64,000 bases of DNA from Lingula anatina (Eukaryota > Animalia > Brachiopoda). The notes under the pieces were generated by a model. That model did not search any database. It was not told the DNA's origin and saw only the letters and a list, made by a program, of their open reading frames with translations. A program made the translations under genes and the position numbers. Shown here one piece after another: positions 12,454-25,260 of the stretch (positions within the stretch are counted from its first letter, which is position 1; each line of letters begins with the position of its first letter). The stretch is from positions 12,834,001 to 12,898,000 of the forward strand of contig CM120645.1 in assembly GCA_051362555.1 (NCBI GenBank), in the 5' to 3' direction.

Positions 12454-15400
12454 ATGAAAGGACTGTCGAGCATTGTAAAACCTTTTCTGATATTTTGTTT
12501 ACTTCGTGGTTGGCAAGGGAACCATGCAGGTAAATGGAACAAGTTTTCACACAGGATGTATATGGACACCCCCCCCCCCCAAAAAAAAATATTACAATAA
12601 AACCATCCCTCTCTCCTGATTTATGTATTTTAGCAAATGTAAGTGAGACATTTTTATTCATGTTTCCACCCCCTTTTACATCTTACCAAAATCCTGGATC
12701 ATGCAGTGAATGCGTTTACTTATTTCAAAGATTCAAATTACTATTCTAAAGATGATATAATTTTGCATGGTGGTTGCTGTGTTGAGCCTGAATAGAAACC
12801 TGTCTCATCTCCAGGAAAGTAGGGTCGGCACCAGAATTTACAAAATGGTTATCCCCGTCAATAAACAGATTGATGTAGCTTCTTTCAGTACGTCATATAT
12901 GTGACTAGTTACTTTACTTATCTGTCGTTGCCGTTCCGCCGAACACTGGTGAAACTTGGTTACTAGTGGTATTCTTTTGGAGGAGGCAATGCATTCGCGA
13001 AAAACATCTCGCTAAAATTAGCCAGCTTTTTAAGATAAGATAAGATAAGATAAGATAAGATAAGATAAGATAAGAGTCTATTTAGCCAATTATAAAAATC
13101 GGAAATCATTTTCCTTTTGGAGCAATATACAGAGTAAAATAATAAAATAAAACAATACAATAAGTAGATAATTAAGAATTTAGTTTTGAGATCAAATTAA
13201 AATGCGTCACTGCACTTGGATACACTTGTACAATCATAGGTAAAAAGGGAGTAAAGACAAGGTGAAAGGACGCATCCCTGTGGTGCACCGGTATTTAAGA
13301 CTGTTGTTTTTGAGCTAAAAGGACCGACTTTAACAGATTGTCTTCTATCTAAAAGAAAGTCTAAAATCCAGTCACAAACAAAAACAGGTAGCTTAAGATG
13401 ATTTAAAAGTTTCAAATATTTTTTGGGGCACAATTGTGTTAAAAGCTGAACTGTAGTCAATAAATAAAATCCTTGCATAAGAGTGTTTGTTATCTAGGTG
13501 TTGTTCGTTTATCTTAAACACACATATAGTTTACATGATCTATATCTATTACTTTTTTAAAACTCAGCTTCGACCAAAGTAAATAACTTAATTATCGTGG
13601 AAGGCTTTAAGACAAGACTTTTTGAGATTTATACAACCTCTGATTTTAAGCTTGATTTTGAAAAAAATAAAAGAAAAATTAGTCTACTTTATCATACATC
13701 ACAATTTCAAAAATGAAAAAAAAAAACTCAAAATTTAAAATCAAGTGCTCCATATATGTATATCTATATATAAGGTTTTCTTACCATCATGTGTACTGAC
13801 AGATAATGTGTTTGATAGGGAACCACCAGTATGTGGACGTGAGTATTTCTTTCACTGTGTATATTTTTCCTCAGATATCTATTAAATAAAAATCAAGGGC
13901 TTTCTTTATTAATTTCTTGAGTACTATGGGTATATTTTATCTACATTACATTGTGTAAATATAAAAAAGATACATTTGATTTTTTTAAAAGAAGGTAAAT
14001 CTCTAAACATTGTAAGCTATATATCCGTGCACCGGTGTATTCAGGATTTTACTTGGGGTAGGGTCAAGAGAGGCATGCGTTTGGGGCGGCAAATAATTGC
14101 ATCGATCCGCTTGCTGAACCCTTCCTGGCATAAAACGTACCCCGAGTTTGTTAATACCCCAGGTACCATTTGATTTGGCCACATGCTACTGGATACAACA
14201 TATCATTCAGTAACTACACGTATGTATGACAAGGGAAGTGGTTGGTCGATAGACAAGGCATACTGAATACAACAAATTGACTCGGTTGCATTGAAAATAA
14301 ATATATTTTAGATACTTCCTTTCCCAATTTGGAGTTGTGACTCAAAGGGCTTATATAATGCACACCTCGTTATTACTGTAGGAAACGTGACGGCAGCTGA
14401 CTCTTACCTCATACATATATATCATTTCTGAAAATCTTTTGTTTCAGTGCCAGAATACGTATTGTATCTATATAATAATATAAGCATCAGCGGAGGCTCA
14501 CGGAACACTAATTGGCCATTATCCAGCTGTTTACAAGCTTGTAACGAAGACCCAGCATGTGAGGCAGTTGACTGGGATGGGAGTTGTTGGTTTCATTACA
14601 GTTCTTCGTCGTGCAGTGGATTAGGATTTGTAAGCAATGTTCGGCACTATCAAATGAAACGATGTCCTGGTAAGCAATTGAAACAAAATTTTTGTTCACA
14701 ATTTTTATTCTGTTATTAATTTATTAATATGTTTTATCTTATTAATTTAGTAAGATAAAGTAGTGAGTAAGTAAAAACGGCTTTGGTGTGTCATAGAATA
14801 CGGTCAATATCTATGAAACATACCCAACATCATTTAGAAAGAAGCTACTTACGTAATCACAAATAATCGATAATTATCCAGCAGTTGCCTGTATTACCAA
14901 AAATGTGCGGTTTGATTTTCTACAGGTAATCCCGCCTACAACTGCCCCTGCTCTACAGGAGGAACGTGTGTGAGAACATACACCTCACGGACACAGATAT
15001 CTTTACAGGAGTGTGTGTGTAACCTGGGACGTACCGGTGACCAGTGTCTTGGTTGTAAGTGGGACTTTGGTTTCCATTGTTATTTCTCACACTATGATTG
15101 AGATCGAAACCAAAGCAACGCCTGTAAGAAAAAAACAGCCCTCAAAGAAATCACATGAAATCAAATGAAATAGACAGATAAATAAATAAGGAGTGTAAGT
15201 GGAAATCATCAATATATAAGGTTCTTTGTGCAAGTGTTCACTTTTTTATTATCATTGCGACAAACAGATTTCTTTACAGACATACACTTTGTTTTTAGAC
15301 GTGGAATGCACTGCCCCAGCTATTCCCAATGCAGCTCCCTCACTGGTACCTGGAGGTTACAGAATTGGAAGCAATGTTACCTATACCTGCAACACTGGGT

Positions 15401-18400
15401 ATCAACTCAGCGATGGTTCTGGTACCAGTTTTACACTGACTTGCAGTCCTAGAGGAACGTTTGAAGGGAAGAGGAAAACCTGCACTAGTACGTCTGATAT
15501 CAAGAAGATATCAAACATAGAAAAGAATTAATTTGGGATAATTGATAAGATTTGATACAAATGCGATGAAAACTTTTAAAGAAAAAAATCTTTAAAACTG
15601 ATTGAAAATTAATGCTCATACGACTCCGATGAATTTTCAGCCATTTTTCTTCATTTACCATAAACATATTTGAATTATATTAATAATATCATATCGGTTG
15701 ATATATATCTTGTGATATTTACTTTATTTTCAGAGGATCATTATCATTTTAGCTCTTACATAAAGCTCTAAGAAATGACCAAAATATTGGTACAAGTGGT
15801 AGCTTGCGACTAAGTTGGAGCGTCTTAACTTTTGTGACATGTACAGTTTAAATGGGAATTGTCAGTTAATCAATTATTTGTGCAACCAAGTGCTCGACTT
15901 TTCATCGTCATTGTGACTAATGTTTTTCTTTACATGATGGTTTTTTAAGTTGTGGAATGCACTGTCCTGACTATTTCCAACGCAGCTCACTCTCCAGATA
16001 CCAAAGTATACATATTTGGGAGCAATATTACCTATACCTGCAGCAGAGGGTATCAACTCAGCGATGGTTCTGGTAACAGTTTCACATTGACTTGCGGACC
16101 TAGGGGAACGTTTGAAGGGGAGAGGAAAGCATGCAACAGTTAGTCTGATACTAAAAAGACATCAATGTGAAAAAAGGACAGATTGTGAATCTTAGATGTA
16201 GTAATCAGTCTGCACTAGGTTCATCCTAAATACGATTATGCTTCCGTAATTATTTTGGGCATAATTATTGTTGGTGTTATTGGGCTTTGAATAAACTCTA
16301 ATAAAATGAAGATATTAAAACATATCCCTATTCCAGGAATCTGTGTCCTCCGTGAAAAGGAAGTGAAGTTTGCTACATGTTCACCTAACGATTATACCCT
16401 CGTAATATTTATGTGTACAATTTCTGCTGTTTATTGGACTTTTTATAAAACTGAAAAGATAAATATATTGAAAAGATTTGCCTCACTTCCAGGAACCTGT
16501 GACCTTCCTGTAGGTGATCACCTGAGACAGGTAACACAGCGTTCCGTTACCTTTGAAGGACAAACTGTCACATATACATGTCACACTGGCTTCCGATTTA
16601 ACGACACGTCAATAGTAAAGAACCTTACTTGCCAATCCGACGGTACATTTGATCAGAGCTTACATAGCTGTATTCCCATATCGTGTGGTTTTCCTACTGA
16701 TAAAATCAACCTGAAGGCAGTAGAAGGGCCATATGAATACAAACAGAATGTGACATTTTCCTGCATTCCTGGATATCATTTTGCTGGCTATGACGTCGAA
16801 TCACCATTTACGTCACAATGCATTGCGACTGAAACTCTGGAACCGCCAATACCTGACTGCATAAGAAGAACATGTAGTTTACCTCATTTCAACAATACAG
16901 TAGCACCTCCTGATAGTATGAATCTGCTCTTCATGGCTTCAGTTGAATTTAAATGTATAAAAGGATTTCAATTTCCGGATGGTAATGCGAGTGTAACCTT
17001 GACGTGTGATGAAACTGGTGGATTTGGGGTGGATTCTCTTAGTTGTACAGGTACGGATTTTGAAGGATGTTTGTAAAATAAGTACTACTTATAGCACCCT
17101 GAGAATCAGTGTGATGAGCGCTTTGTCCGCTTGTACATGTACAAAGCAGAGTGAATCTTGTCTGCTAAAATACATGTTACTGGGGAAACGGTATGTGATC
17201 TTGTACGGTATTTAAGGTAATTTTTTCAATATTGTTTGCTAGGTTTAACGTCACACAGCACATTTTTCATACTGGTTTTTGTCTGGAAAGGTATTCAAAA
17301 AACTGGTCGAAGAGTTGATTTATGCATCCTTTTCAAAAGTTTCAAAAGTGGTCGTGAATACATATGAGATATTATATACTACTGTAAAGGTCCCTATTTT
17401 CAGGCAAAATTAGGGCTAAATTTACTTATAAAGAAACTTTGATATCTAGTGGAGCATACAAAATAGTTAAAGCTGACCTAACTATTTCCATTTATCATCA
17501 GCGGTGTTGTCTGATGCTGGTACCAAAGCAGCGTCCACAGACCCTAACATTGGTGTCAGTGTCGGTGTAAGCGTTACTGGAGCAATAGTGCTGATATTAG
17601 TTGCTGTAATAATTGTTGTATTCGTCAAACGAAGACGGTAAGTGTCAACAAACTATGTTTTACGTTTTTTAAAAAATGAAGTATTTCACGTTACACAAAT
17701 TTGCAGATAGCTTTTATCCTTTGGTATATCTACTCTTATGCATTTGATGTAATTTGCTCATAAATGGCGTTTCATTGCGATGAATTAAATTGTCGGTTTT
17801 AGGGTATTTGGGACAATGTTCACACATTTAGATATTTTTATTCTCGCTTTTATTGTTTGTTTGTTATTAACCGGCTTGCTAATGAGTAATACATGTACAT
17901 TTCTCTCTTGGGGAATTTTCAGCATCTTTTTTATTTACTTCATTTGTCTGCTAACGCTTTGGCTAGTAAACGGAACGTTTTTGATTTAGGAAACAGATGT
18001 CAAACTCTAACGCAGATATTGATGTTTCAAGAAACGGAAAGCTCAGCAAAACTTTGTGCACAACATCCAAAGCTTATGTTAACACAAATATCTTCGAACT
18101 ACAGAAAGAATGTGCAATGACAGAACGGTATGATCAGTCAAATAATATGAAACAGAATTATAACAACGAAAACCAGGCCTCTGATGTACTGGACCTATAT
18201 GCCGTGCCAGACAAATCCAGAAAGACCAATAAAGGCAAGAAGCAACAAAATGCCCCCGTAAACTATCCAGACGATGCATATGAATATGTCAGCAAACCTT
18301 CTGCCCAGGCATCCCCCGTTTCACGACAGGATTGCAGCAGCACCCATGGACTTGCAGGGCAGTTTCAAAATGGAGGCTATGCCCAATCTGTCGATGATGC

Positions 18401-18497
18401 TGATGACGTGGAGTTTGTTGAAAATGATATTTATGAAACAGGAGGCGTTGACAACATGGGCCATACATGTGTTGAGTCAGCTGAAAACGACATTTAG
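12454..18497 (+). CDS. Gene B: PAN-EGF-5x sushi single-pass receptor with class I tail (sushi1 exon decayed, sushi2 exon duplicated); about 668 aa
   Basis: Signal 12454-12529 ([25 protein letters not shown]), PAN 14448-14669, EGF 14926-15054, sushi2a 15299-15487, sushi2b 15950-16138, triple-sushi 16493-17050, TM 17502-17637, tail 17990-18497. Sum 2007 nt, in frame if the broken sushi1 exon is skipped. Confidence 0.75.
13027..13500 (-). mobile_element. Non-LTR retrotransposon RT fragment (Rex1/L2-like) with (TCTTA)n 3' tail
   Basis: ORF 13197-13478 reads [16 protein letters not shown]...[23 protein letters not shown]. (TAAGA)n at 13031-13075. Absent at the paralogous intron site in gene G (about 57190). 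Confidence 0.75.
13742..13838 (+). pseudogene. Decayed sushi1 exon of gene B
   Basis: Only the 3' half remains (...GFLTIMCTD / [10 protein letters not shown]|GTGAGT). Acceptor and 5' half are deleted; contains a TAA and a frameshift. Confidence 0.75.
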
Positions 18498-19149
18498 AAC
18501 TCGTCGGTGTAATTTTATTTAAGAAAAGTTGCGGTCCTTTATGTTTTATATTTGAGAACATGTTTAGCTTCCCTGTTATGTAGAGATTTGCTCCACCATA
18601 CAAAATGTTCTTCAGAATGCCTCTAAGCATTTATGCACTGGTAAAATTAAGTTGAGAAGCACTTTTTGGTAAACTTGTGTAAACATATTTAGTTCTGTAT
18701 CCAAAGTTTGACTTATAGATTGTCATAAAACCTGAGCCGTGATGACTTTATTGAAACTTCCTTTACCCTAAAACATTTTGTAAGGTGATTGTACATGATC
18801 ATAGATTTCCTTAAGAGTCAAATATGTAAAAAAATCCTCATTCAGTGATTGCAATTCATATGTTTATAATAAAATGAAAATGTTTTTCAATATTTTAGTT
18901 TATGTGAATTGAATTGAATTTTGCTATTTTTAAATGTGAAAACATTAACTTGAAACTGTTGGACTATGAGACTTCAAAACCAGTCTTGTAGCACTCATTT
19001 TGCACCAACGTACATTTTACATGTATTTTCAAAAAAGGTAATTCCACTTTATATTACCCAACTGTTTTTAAGATTTTAGAAAAAAAAACTTACCAGTTCA
19101 GCGGGGACCCCTGAAGTGTGCATTAGCTAGGTCGACAAAATGTCAATAA

Positions 19150-19345
19150 GGGACCATTCCCAATCATACTAGCAGGATAGATCTATCTCCGAGTGGCTTT
19201 CACTAAATCGCATTCAGTTAAAGCATTTACGAAAGTTAATTACTCCCTTAGCAGCTTCAATTCAGCTTCAGACAGACATTTAAGCCGCTTAAACTGAATG
19301 CAATTTAGCAAGAGTCCCCTTGGAGTTAGATCGGTCCTGCTAGTG
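19150..19345. mobile_element. Imperfect palindromic MITE
   Basis: CTAGCAGGATAGATCTA...CATTCAGTTAAAGC versus GCTTAAACTGAATG...TAGATCGGTCCTGCTAG; related fragment at about 42935-43070. Confidence 0.45.
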
Positions 19346-22300
19346 ACAGGTTTACGGGGACCCGGTCTTAATCTGGTTGAGAGAGTATAGGTCTGTACAA
19401 TGCTTTAGTTGAGATGCCTAAGAGAACCCCCCCATATTTTCTTGATGTGGTACAGTGAAGCAATGCATTATTTGAGACATGGAAGGGTAAAGCTGCTGGC
19501 TTGGCATGGTGGCGTCAATTGTAGACAGATGTACCCAGACTGTTCTCTGCATGTAGTCTAGGACCGAAAAAATAGACATTCCTTTGGATTGAAAATTTTA
19601 AGTCATTTTCCTGATATACACGATAAAACAAGTAAATAATAATAGACAAAAACCTATAAGTATTTCATCATTTGTTGTTTATTCATTTGTCCATTAACAT
19701 TATTATTTATTCAAACAAAACATGTTTACATTATTATAATATAACAGTGGTTCATTTAAAATAATAAGTTATCAGTTATGTTGTAAGATGAACGCACCTC
19801 TGCCTCCACAGGAGCATATTGAGCAGTGGCGGATTTAGAGGGGGAGTCAAGGGGGTCCCGACTCCTCTTCGGTTTCTGAAAAAATATCACACCAATATTC
19901 CTGTCTTGATATTAGAATTGGACAGTGTTTGATCTCCAAAACACCAAAAATATTTCGGGTCCCTCAAACACCCGAACCCCGTGCACAACAAGGGCGTGAT
20001 GGTCGGCTTCGCATCCAAAGTCAATACGATAAATGCACTACTACCATAACCGCAGATAAAAATAGTTTTGTGATTTGTCGCTGATGTACAGTACAGTAGA
20101 ACAAATCCGAAATATATATATAGCCTAATGGAAGCTAAAAGCACAACATGATCTGTTATTAACATGAAACATGCCACAAATTATAAATAACAAATAAATT
20201 TAAACTGAGTGGCATTTTTTTCTTACAAAATTATAATACAAAAAGTGAAATTCTTTGTTACAAGAGTGCAATTTGACTGTTAGTGGAAGAATACATTTCT
20301 AGGACTAATGAGATACAATTTGAAGTTTGCCTCTATAACACATTTTCTATCATCTGCTTTACTCACTCAGACAGTCATAACATTTACATTCCTGCACTTT
20401 TGAAGATTGAAATTTATTGAAAAACATTTTAAATTAAACATTCACGTACCCGTACCACTCGATTTAACCCAAAATATTTGGATTTGTTAAAATGGACCCA
20501 ACGGTGGAAACATTATCAAATGAAAATGCTTCCGCAAGTAAGTCGTCTGCCAAAATGTAAGAATATAATACTTAAGAGCAATGTTTGCTTCTCCCACTTG
20601 TAACCCTGTGATGAAACTGATGTTCCGCGTAAAAGATAATTTATCCTTCATAATAATATATAGGTATAGGTAAAGGTGAGCGTGGCGTAAATGGGTCAGA
20701 ATAAAGGGGGGGGGGGGTAACCTATACATATACAAGTCAGTGGACTCTCTGGTGCATGACACTTGTTCCTGTGCCACGGGGACCCTCTGAAAGCTCTGTG
20801 TTATGCCGTGAATTTCACAGGTAATTAAGTATGACGTGATGCAGTTCGGTCCCTTATCATTCCGCACAGGAGCTTGGATAAATTACGCCTAGTCCTGATG
20901 TATATCAGCGGCTGTTGGTTGTTGTTGATTAGTTTCGTTTGCTGGCATGCTAAGGACAGTGTACACGCTGTCATTAACGTTAACATACTCAGCCACGCGG
21001 CGAGCTGTTGCCAAAGTTTTGGCCTCCAGTGACATATACTCGTGATCCCTACCAGCACTGTCTGGCGGACTCAAACTGTTTTGGTTCAAACCAGAGGTGT
21101 CGCTGTGATCTGTGTTAGCAAACGGCTGAGAAGCAAGGTTCCGTCTACTGAATTAAAACGAAATTCAACAATAAAAATTCTTAATTTTTATCCCAAAACG
21201 TTAAAACGCTGTAAAACATTTATGTAAAACATCATGTATATTTAAATAAGGTCATCGTTGGCTAAGATTAAATTCTAGACATTTTAAAACAGGATCTGTT
21301 TATTTATTATTACAAAAATGCCTTCCGCTTTGATTTTAAGCTTTAAATTTCAAGCTTTATATAATAGAATTTTGGTTTGACACTGTTATTTGTAAAATAC
21401 AATATCCTATTTTAATATTTCAAGCAATATTTTCAATAAAATCTTTAAAATCCTATTCAGTACACGGTTAATTGCATTCCCCAGTTGTCAATGAACTATG
21501 ACTGCGCATGCGTCCAACTGACCTTTTCATGACAACCCCAACAACTCCCACCAAGATCAGAACCACCATTGTAGATATCCAGCCACTGATGGCGACAGCC
21601 ACAGGTACTTGTCCTAACAGATATTTTATTTCATTAAATGTTATAATAGCCAAAAAGCTTGCAAATTATATCTTTTTCTAGTCAGTTCTTTTTTTTTTGT
21701 GTTTCAATCATGTAAGTTGCATTCTCTTTCCTCTCTTACATAATGCCCCAATAATTTGTTTTATTTTCAATCACCATTATCCTATCATTACCTGTCAACG
21801 CTTCTGGTGTGACTTCTTTCCTTTGAATAACTGAAAAGTAAATTACTTCAAATTTATTGCAATTCATTACGAAAGACATTTTATGGCTTTTGTTATATTT
21901 TGTTATATTTTGTTATATTCTCTTATAAAAAGTGTGTGGACCACATTTTAGTTCATTTGTTTACCTAAATGGTGTTTTCCTTATTATTTCTGAAAGTAAG
22001 GCAAATCTTTTCAATATATTTATCTTTTCAAGTTAATAAAATGTCAAATAATAGTAGCAGGAATTGTACACATAAATATTACGTGGGCATAATCGTTAGA
22101 TGAACATGTAGCAAACTGACGATTAAAAATATAATTTAAAATCTTTTTCTCAGTTTTCTATTTTGACGTCTTTTTGACATCAGACTTACTGATGCATGAT
22201 TTCCTCTCCCCTTCAACCGTGCCGCTACGACTGCAAGTGAGTGTGAAACTGGAACCAGAACCATCGCTGAGTTGATACCCTCTGTTGCAAGTATAGGTCA

Positions 22301-22501
22301 TAGTGTTGTTGAATCTGTAAACTTCAGTTGCCTGCGAGGGGTCCGCATTGGGAAAAGTTGGGGCATTACATTCCACATCTAAAGAAAATCAATCGCAACT
22401 ATGATGAAAATCTAACCACTTAGCTTTCCAAAGACACTTAAATCTGCTGTTCTCCATATAAATTGTGTGTAAAAGTAAAGTAGCTTAACCTGAAACACTT
22501 A

Positions 22502-22645
22502 GACCCCATTCCCAGAGACTAGATCGATCCAAACTAGATCGACCTAACTCCCTGGGGGTTCACGCTTTAAGCCAGATTATCTAATAGTAATCTAGTGAGA
22601 CTCCCCACGGGGATAGATCGATCTAAAATCTATGGGAATACGCCC
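22502..22645. mobile_element. PIF/Harbinger-like MITE
   Basis: Inverted termini CCATTCCCAGAGA...TAGATCGATC / GATCGATCTA...TCTATGGGAATA, TTA-flanked; same family as 35347-35544 in opposite orientation. Confidence 0.55.
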
Positions 22646-22699
22646 TTAGTTTTAGTGTTTTCATGTGTTTTGGTATGTTGACCACTTTTTACAGTATCA

Positions 22700-22835
22700 T
22701 GAATAAAGTGGTTTGGGTTCAAGTCCAGTGAATGTGGTGCCCACTGAACGTCACAATTTCTGCTGATCTCTTTCAGCCAGGCTAGGGAGACATTTTATGT
22801 GGTGGGAAGGTCTTGCTGAAACCATCTATCCATCT
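22700..22835 (-). mobile_element. Tc1/mariner transposase relic
   Basis: Minus-strand translation RWFQQDLPTT*NVSLAWLKEISRNCDVQWAPHSLDLNP matches the FQQD...W-x-P-x-SPDLNP catalytic-domain motifs. Confidence 0.65.
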
Positions 22836-24499
22836 GCGTCGTCTAAATAATGTCCAAAATTACCTCACCACTGCCACATAGCGCTCCATATCCACTGTTA
22901 GACATTTTTGTCTGTGAACCAGGAAGCGTGACGCTGAAGTCGGCGGCACATTCACCGTACACAACCCCCCAATTTTGCAGTTGTGGGTGTATCTCAGGGA
23001 TAATGTGTACTAGAACAACCTTCCACCGATTGATGAACAACAATCACAGGTAAAATCAGGGAAATTCCCATGAGGAAGGCGTTCCAATACATGTATTGGC
23101 AATTTTGCACTACGTATGCCAGCACATACTGTATACATGTATGCCTCCAACGCTGCAGTGGCCATTTGGAAAGAACACGAATTCTATGCAAAGCAACCAA
23201 GATAACTGAAACTTTGGTGTATTATCGTACACAATGAAGTTAAAATTGAGCTATTTCCTTGAAGAATTATATAATTTGTTTGATTATTATTATTATTATT
23301 ATTATTATTATTTTGTTTGAGGGGGAGGGCACCCTGTATTCATATTGAATGTAAAAGCAATTTCTATTTGAGCGGTTTTCTATTCGTCTCAGTGAATTTT
23401 GAAACATTAATACAGGGCTTTTCATAAATTCTTGCATCACATTTCCATTGATGAATACACATATATACATTTTTGGTCAGTTACTTCATATTCATCTAGC
23501 CGGTGAATTGTGACACACCACAGTCACGGCGCTGCAATTATAATACCTTTCAGATTTGGACATTGTGTCTAACTTATTAGCACCCATTTTGTGTCCATCC
23601 TCAGTGATTTAAACACAAATAAATAAATAGTAGGTGAACAAAACTTAACATACGACATCGTTTCAATTTGCATCTTACCAGGACACTGTTTCATTTGAAA
23701 GTGACGCAGATTATTGCCAAAGGTAAGGTCACCGCACGAAGTAGAACTGTAATGGAACCAACACCACCTCCCATCCCAGTCAACTGCCTCACATGCTGGG
23801 TCATCGTTACAGGCCTGTAAACAGCGGGATAATGGTCTATAACTCGTCCATGAGCCTCCGATGGCGCTCCTATTCTCATATACATACAACACGTACTCTG
23901 GTACTGAAAGGAAATACTTCAGAAATGATGCTCTGTATGTAATGGTCAAGTTCACATGTCCAATTATGAGTCCGAGGTGTGCAACATACATAAAACTCTT
24001 CATATGTAATTCAAAATTCCACAATATATGAATGGACAACAACACATAGAAATATAATAAATTCTATTTTGCCACTAAAACGGCGGTTATCGCAACTATT
24101 CTGAAATCTGTGCTTACCATCGGACCACGTGGACCTTTATAGGTGGCTACCCTCTGTAATAATCTCTTTCGAAATTTAAAAAAAAAACACTCTTAGAAAT
24201 AAAAACAATGGACTATTTTGGATGTCAGAACGTACATCTTAACCATTAGTTAATATAGAAGACTGTCGTTTAACCCAGGAAAATTCCGTTTACGGTACTT
24301 TTCCCTCGAAAATGAAGAGTTGTTACCACTTTAAGATCGTGTATATTCCAAGTTAAATGCAACCGAATGGAAATTCGAATTTGCATCCTTGTATGAATTC
24401 AGAATAGTCTTGGTTTTGGTCAACCCCTCCCCGGTTCGACCTAGTAAGTGAATAATATAAAATGGTAATATTGCATTTTAAGTAGAAGTAGTGCATTTT

Positions 24500-25260
24500 T
24501 ATAGAGTCACCTAAATCAGGAAGTATATCACCTTTTCCTAATTATTTCAATGCGACCTCGATTCACGGCCACCATGCGATAAGGTAAACGTACTTAGGCA
24601 ATAAAATACACTAGTTTTGCTGTTGATTAGTATTTCATCTGATACCTAGAGTATTCAAATAAATAGTACAAATAAAGACAAAAGAGATAACGCCTTACGC
24701 AACGAAAAGTGTGAAGACAGCGTGTGCTGTGCCTGCATGTTTAGTGAATGTACCGAACCATAAGCTGTTACATTACAAGTTTAACTTAATTATCAACTTC
24801 TGCATTCTGAACAAATAACATTGCAGTGTATTCAACAGTACCAGTAAAATATTACAAGGCAGTGGCAACGGAGGTTGGTCCCATTGTTTTCATGTTTTTC
24901 TTTCCCCTTCAGCAGCTTTGTTGTTAACACGGAGCTACGCCGTGCGTCGTGTTAAATATAAAATGGGTCACTTCCTTGTTCACAAAACTTCGCAGATACG
25001 CACCCAGACCTTACCGCACTTTGACAAGCCTTATCTTTTTAAGATCATTCAACAGAAAGAAAGTGGGCTATAAAAAATTAGGGTTTGTATAATACCTGTT
25101 ACATGTACATGTGCTATAATCAGTACATGTAAGCAGCAGAAAAGCCATGATGTTACGAGAGAATTGATGTGCATTGGTGAGGATTGGATCGAGTCTTTGA
25201 TATAGTAAGAGCGCCCAGGAGGGTAGGTGTAAATGCTTTGTACAGTAAGCGACATGTTCT
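24500..25260. promoter_or_regulatory. Second copy of the conserved inter-pair block (C/D)
   Basis: CAGGAAGTATATCACC near 24517; AAATGGGTCACTTCCTTGTTCACAAAAC at 24961-24988; collinear with 5965-6730. Confidence 0.5.

Larger units (their letters stand above)
20889..23903 (-). pseudogene. Gene C: deleted paralog (PAN - sushi2 - stalk - TM type b - class II tail) lacking signal, sushi1, EGF and triple-sushi exons
   Basis: Remaining exons are open and in phase: PAN 23903-23679, sushi2 22378-22190, mini-exon 21830-21792, TM 21613-21523, tail 21147-20889 (HEYMSL, EYVNV, SVYTVL). Intron homology to gene A jumps from about 4335 to about 5965 near 24490, deleting the 5' exons. Confidence 0.7.

Noticed and set aside
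18079-18630. Alternative-frame and antisense ORFs over tail and sushi exons (e.g. 18274, 34176, 50130, 61385)
   Set aside because: Shadows of real exons; they recur only because the paralogs are similar.
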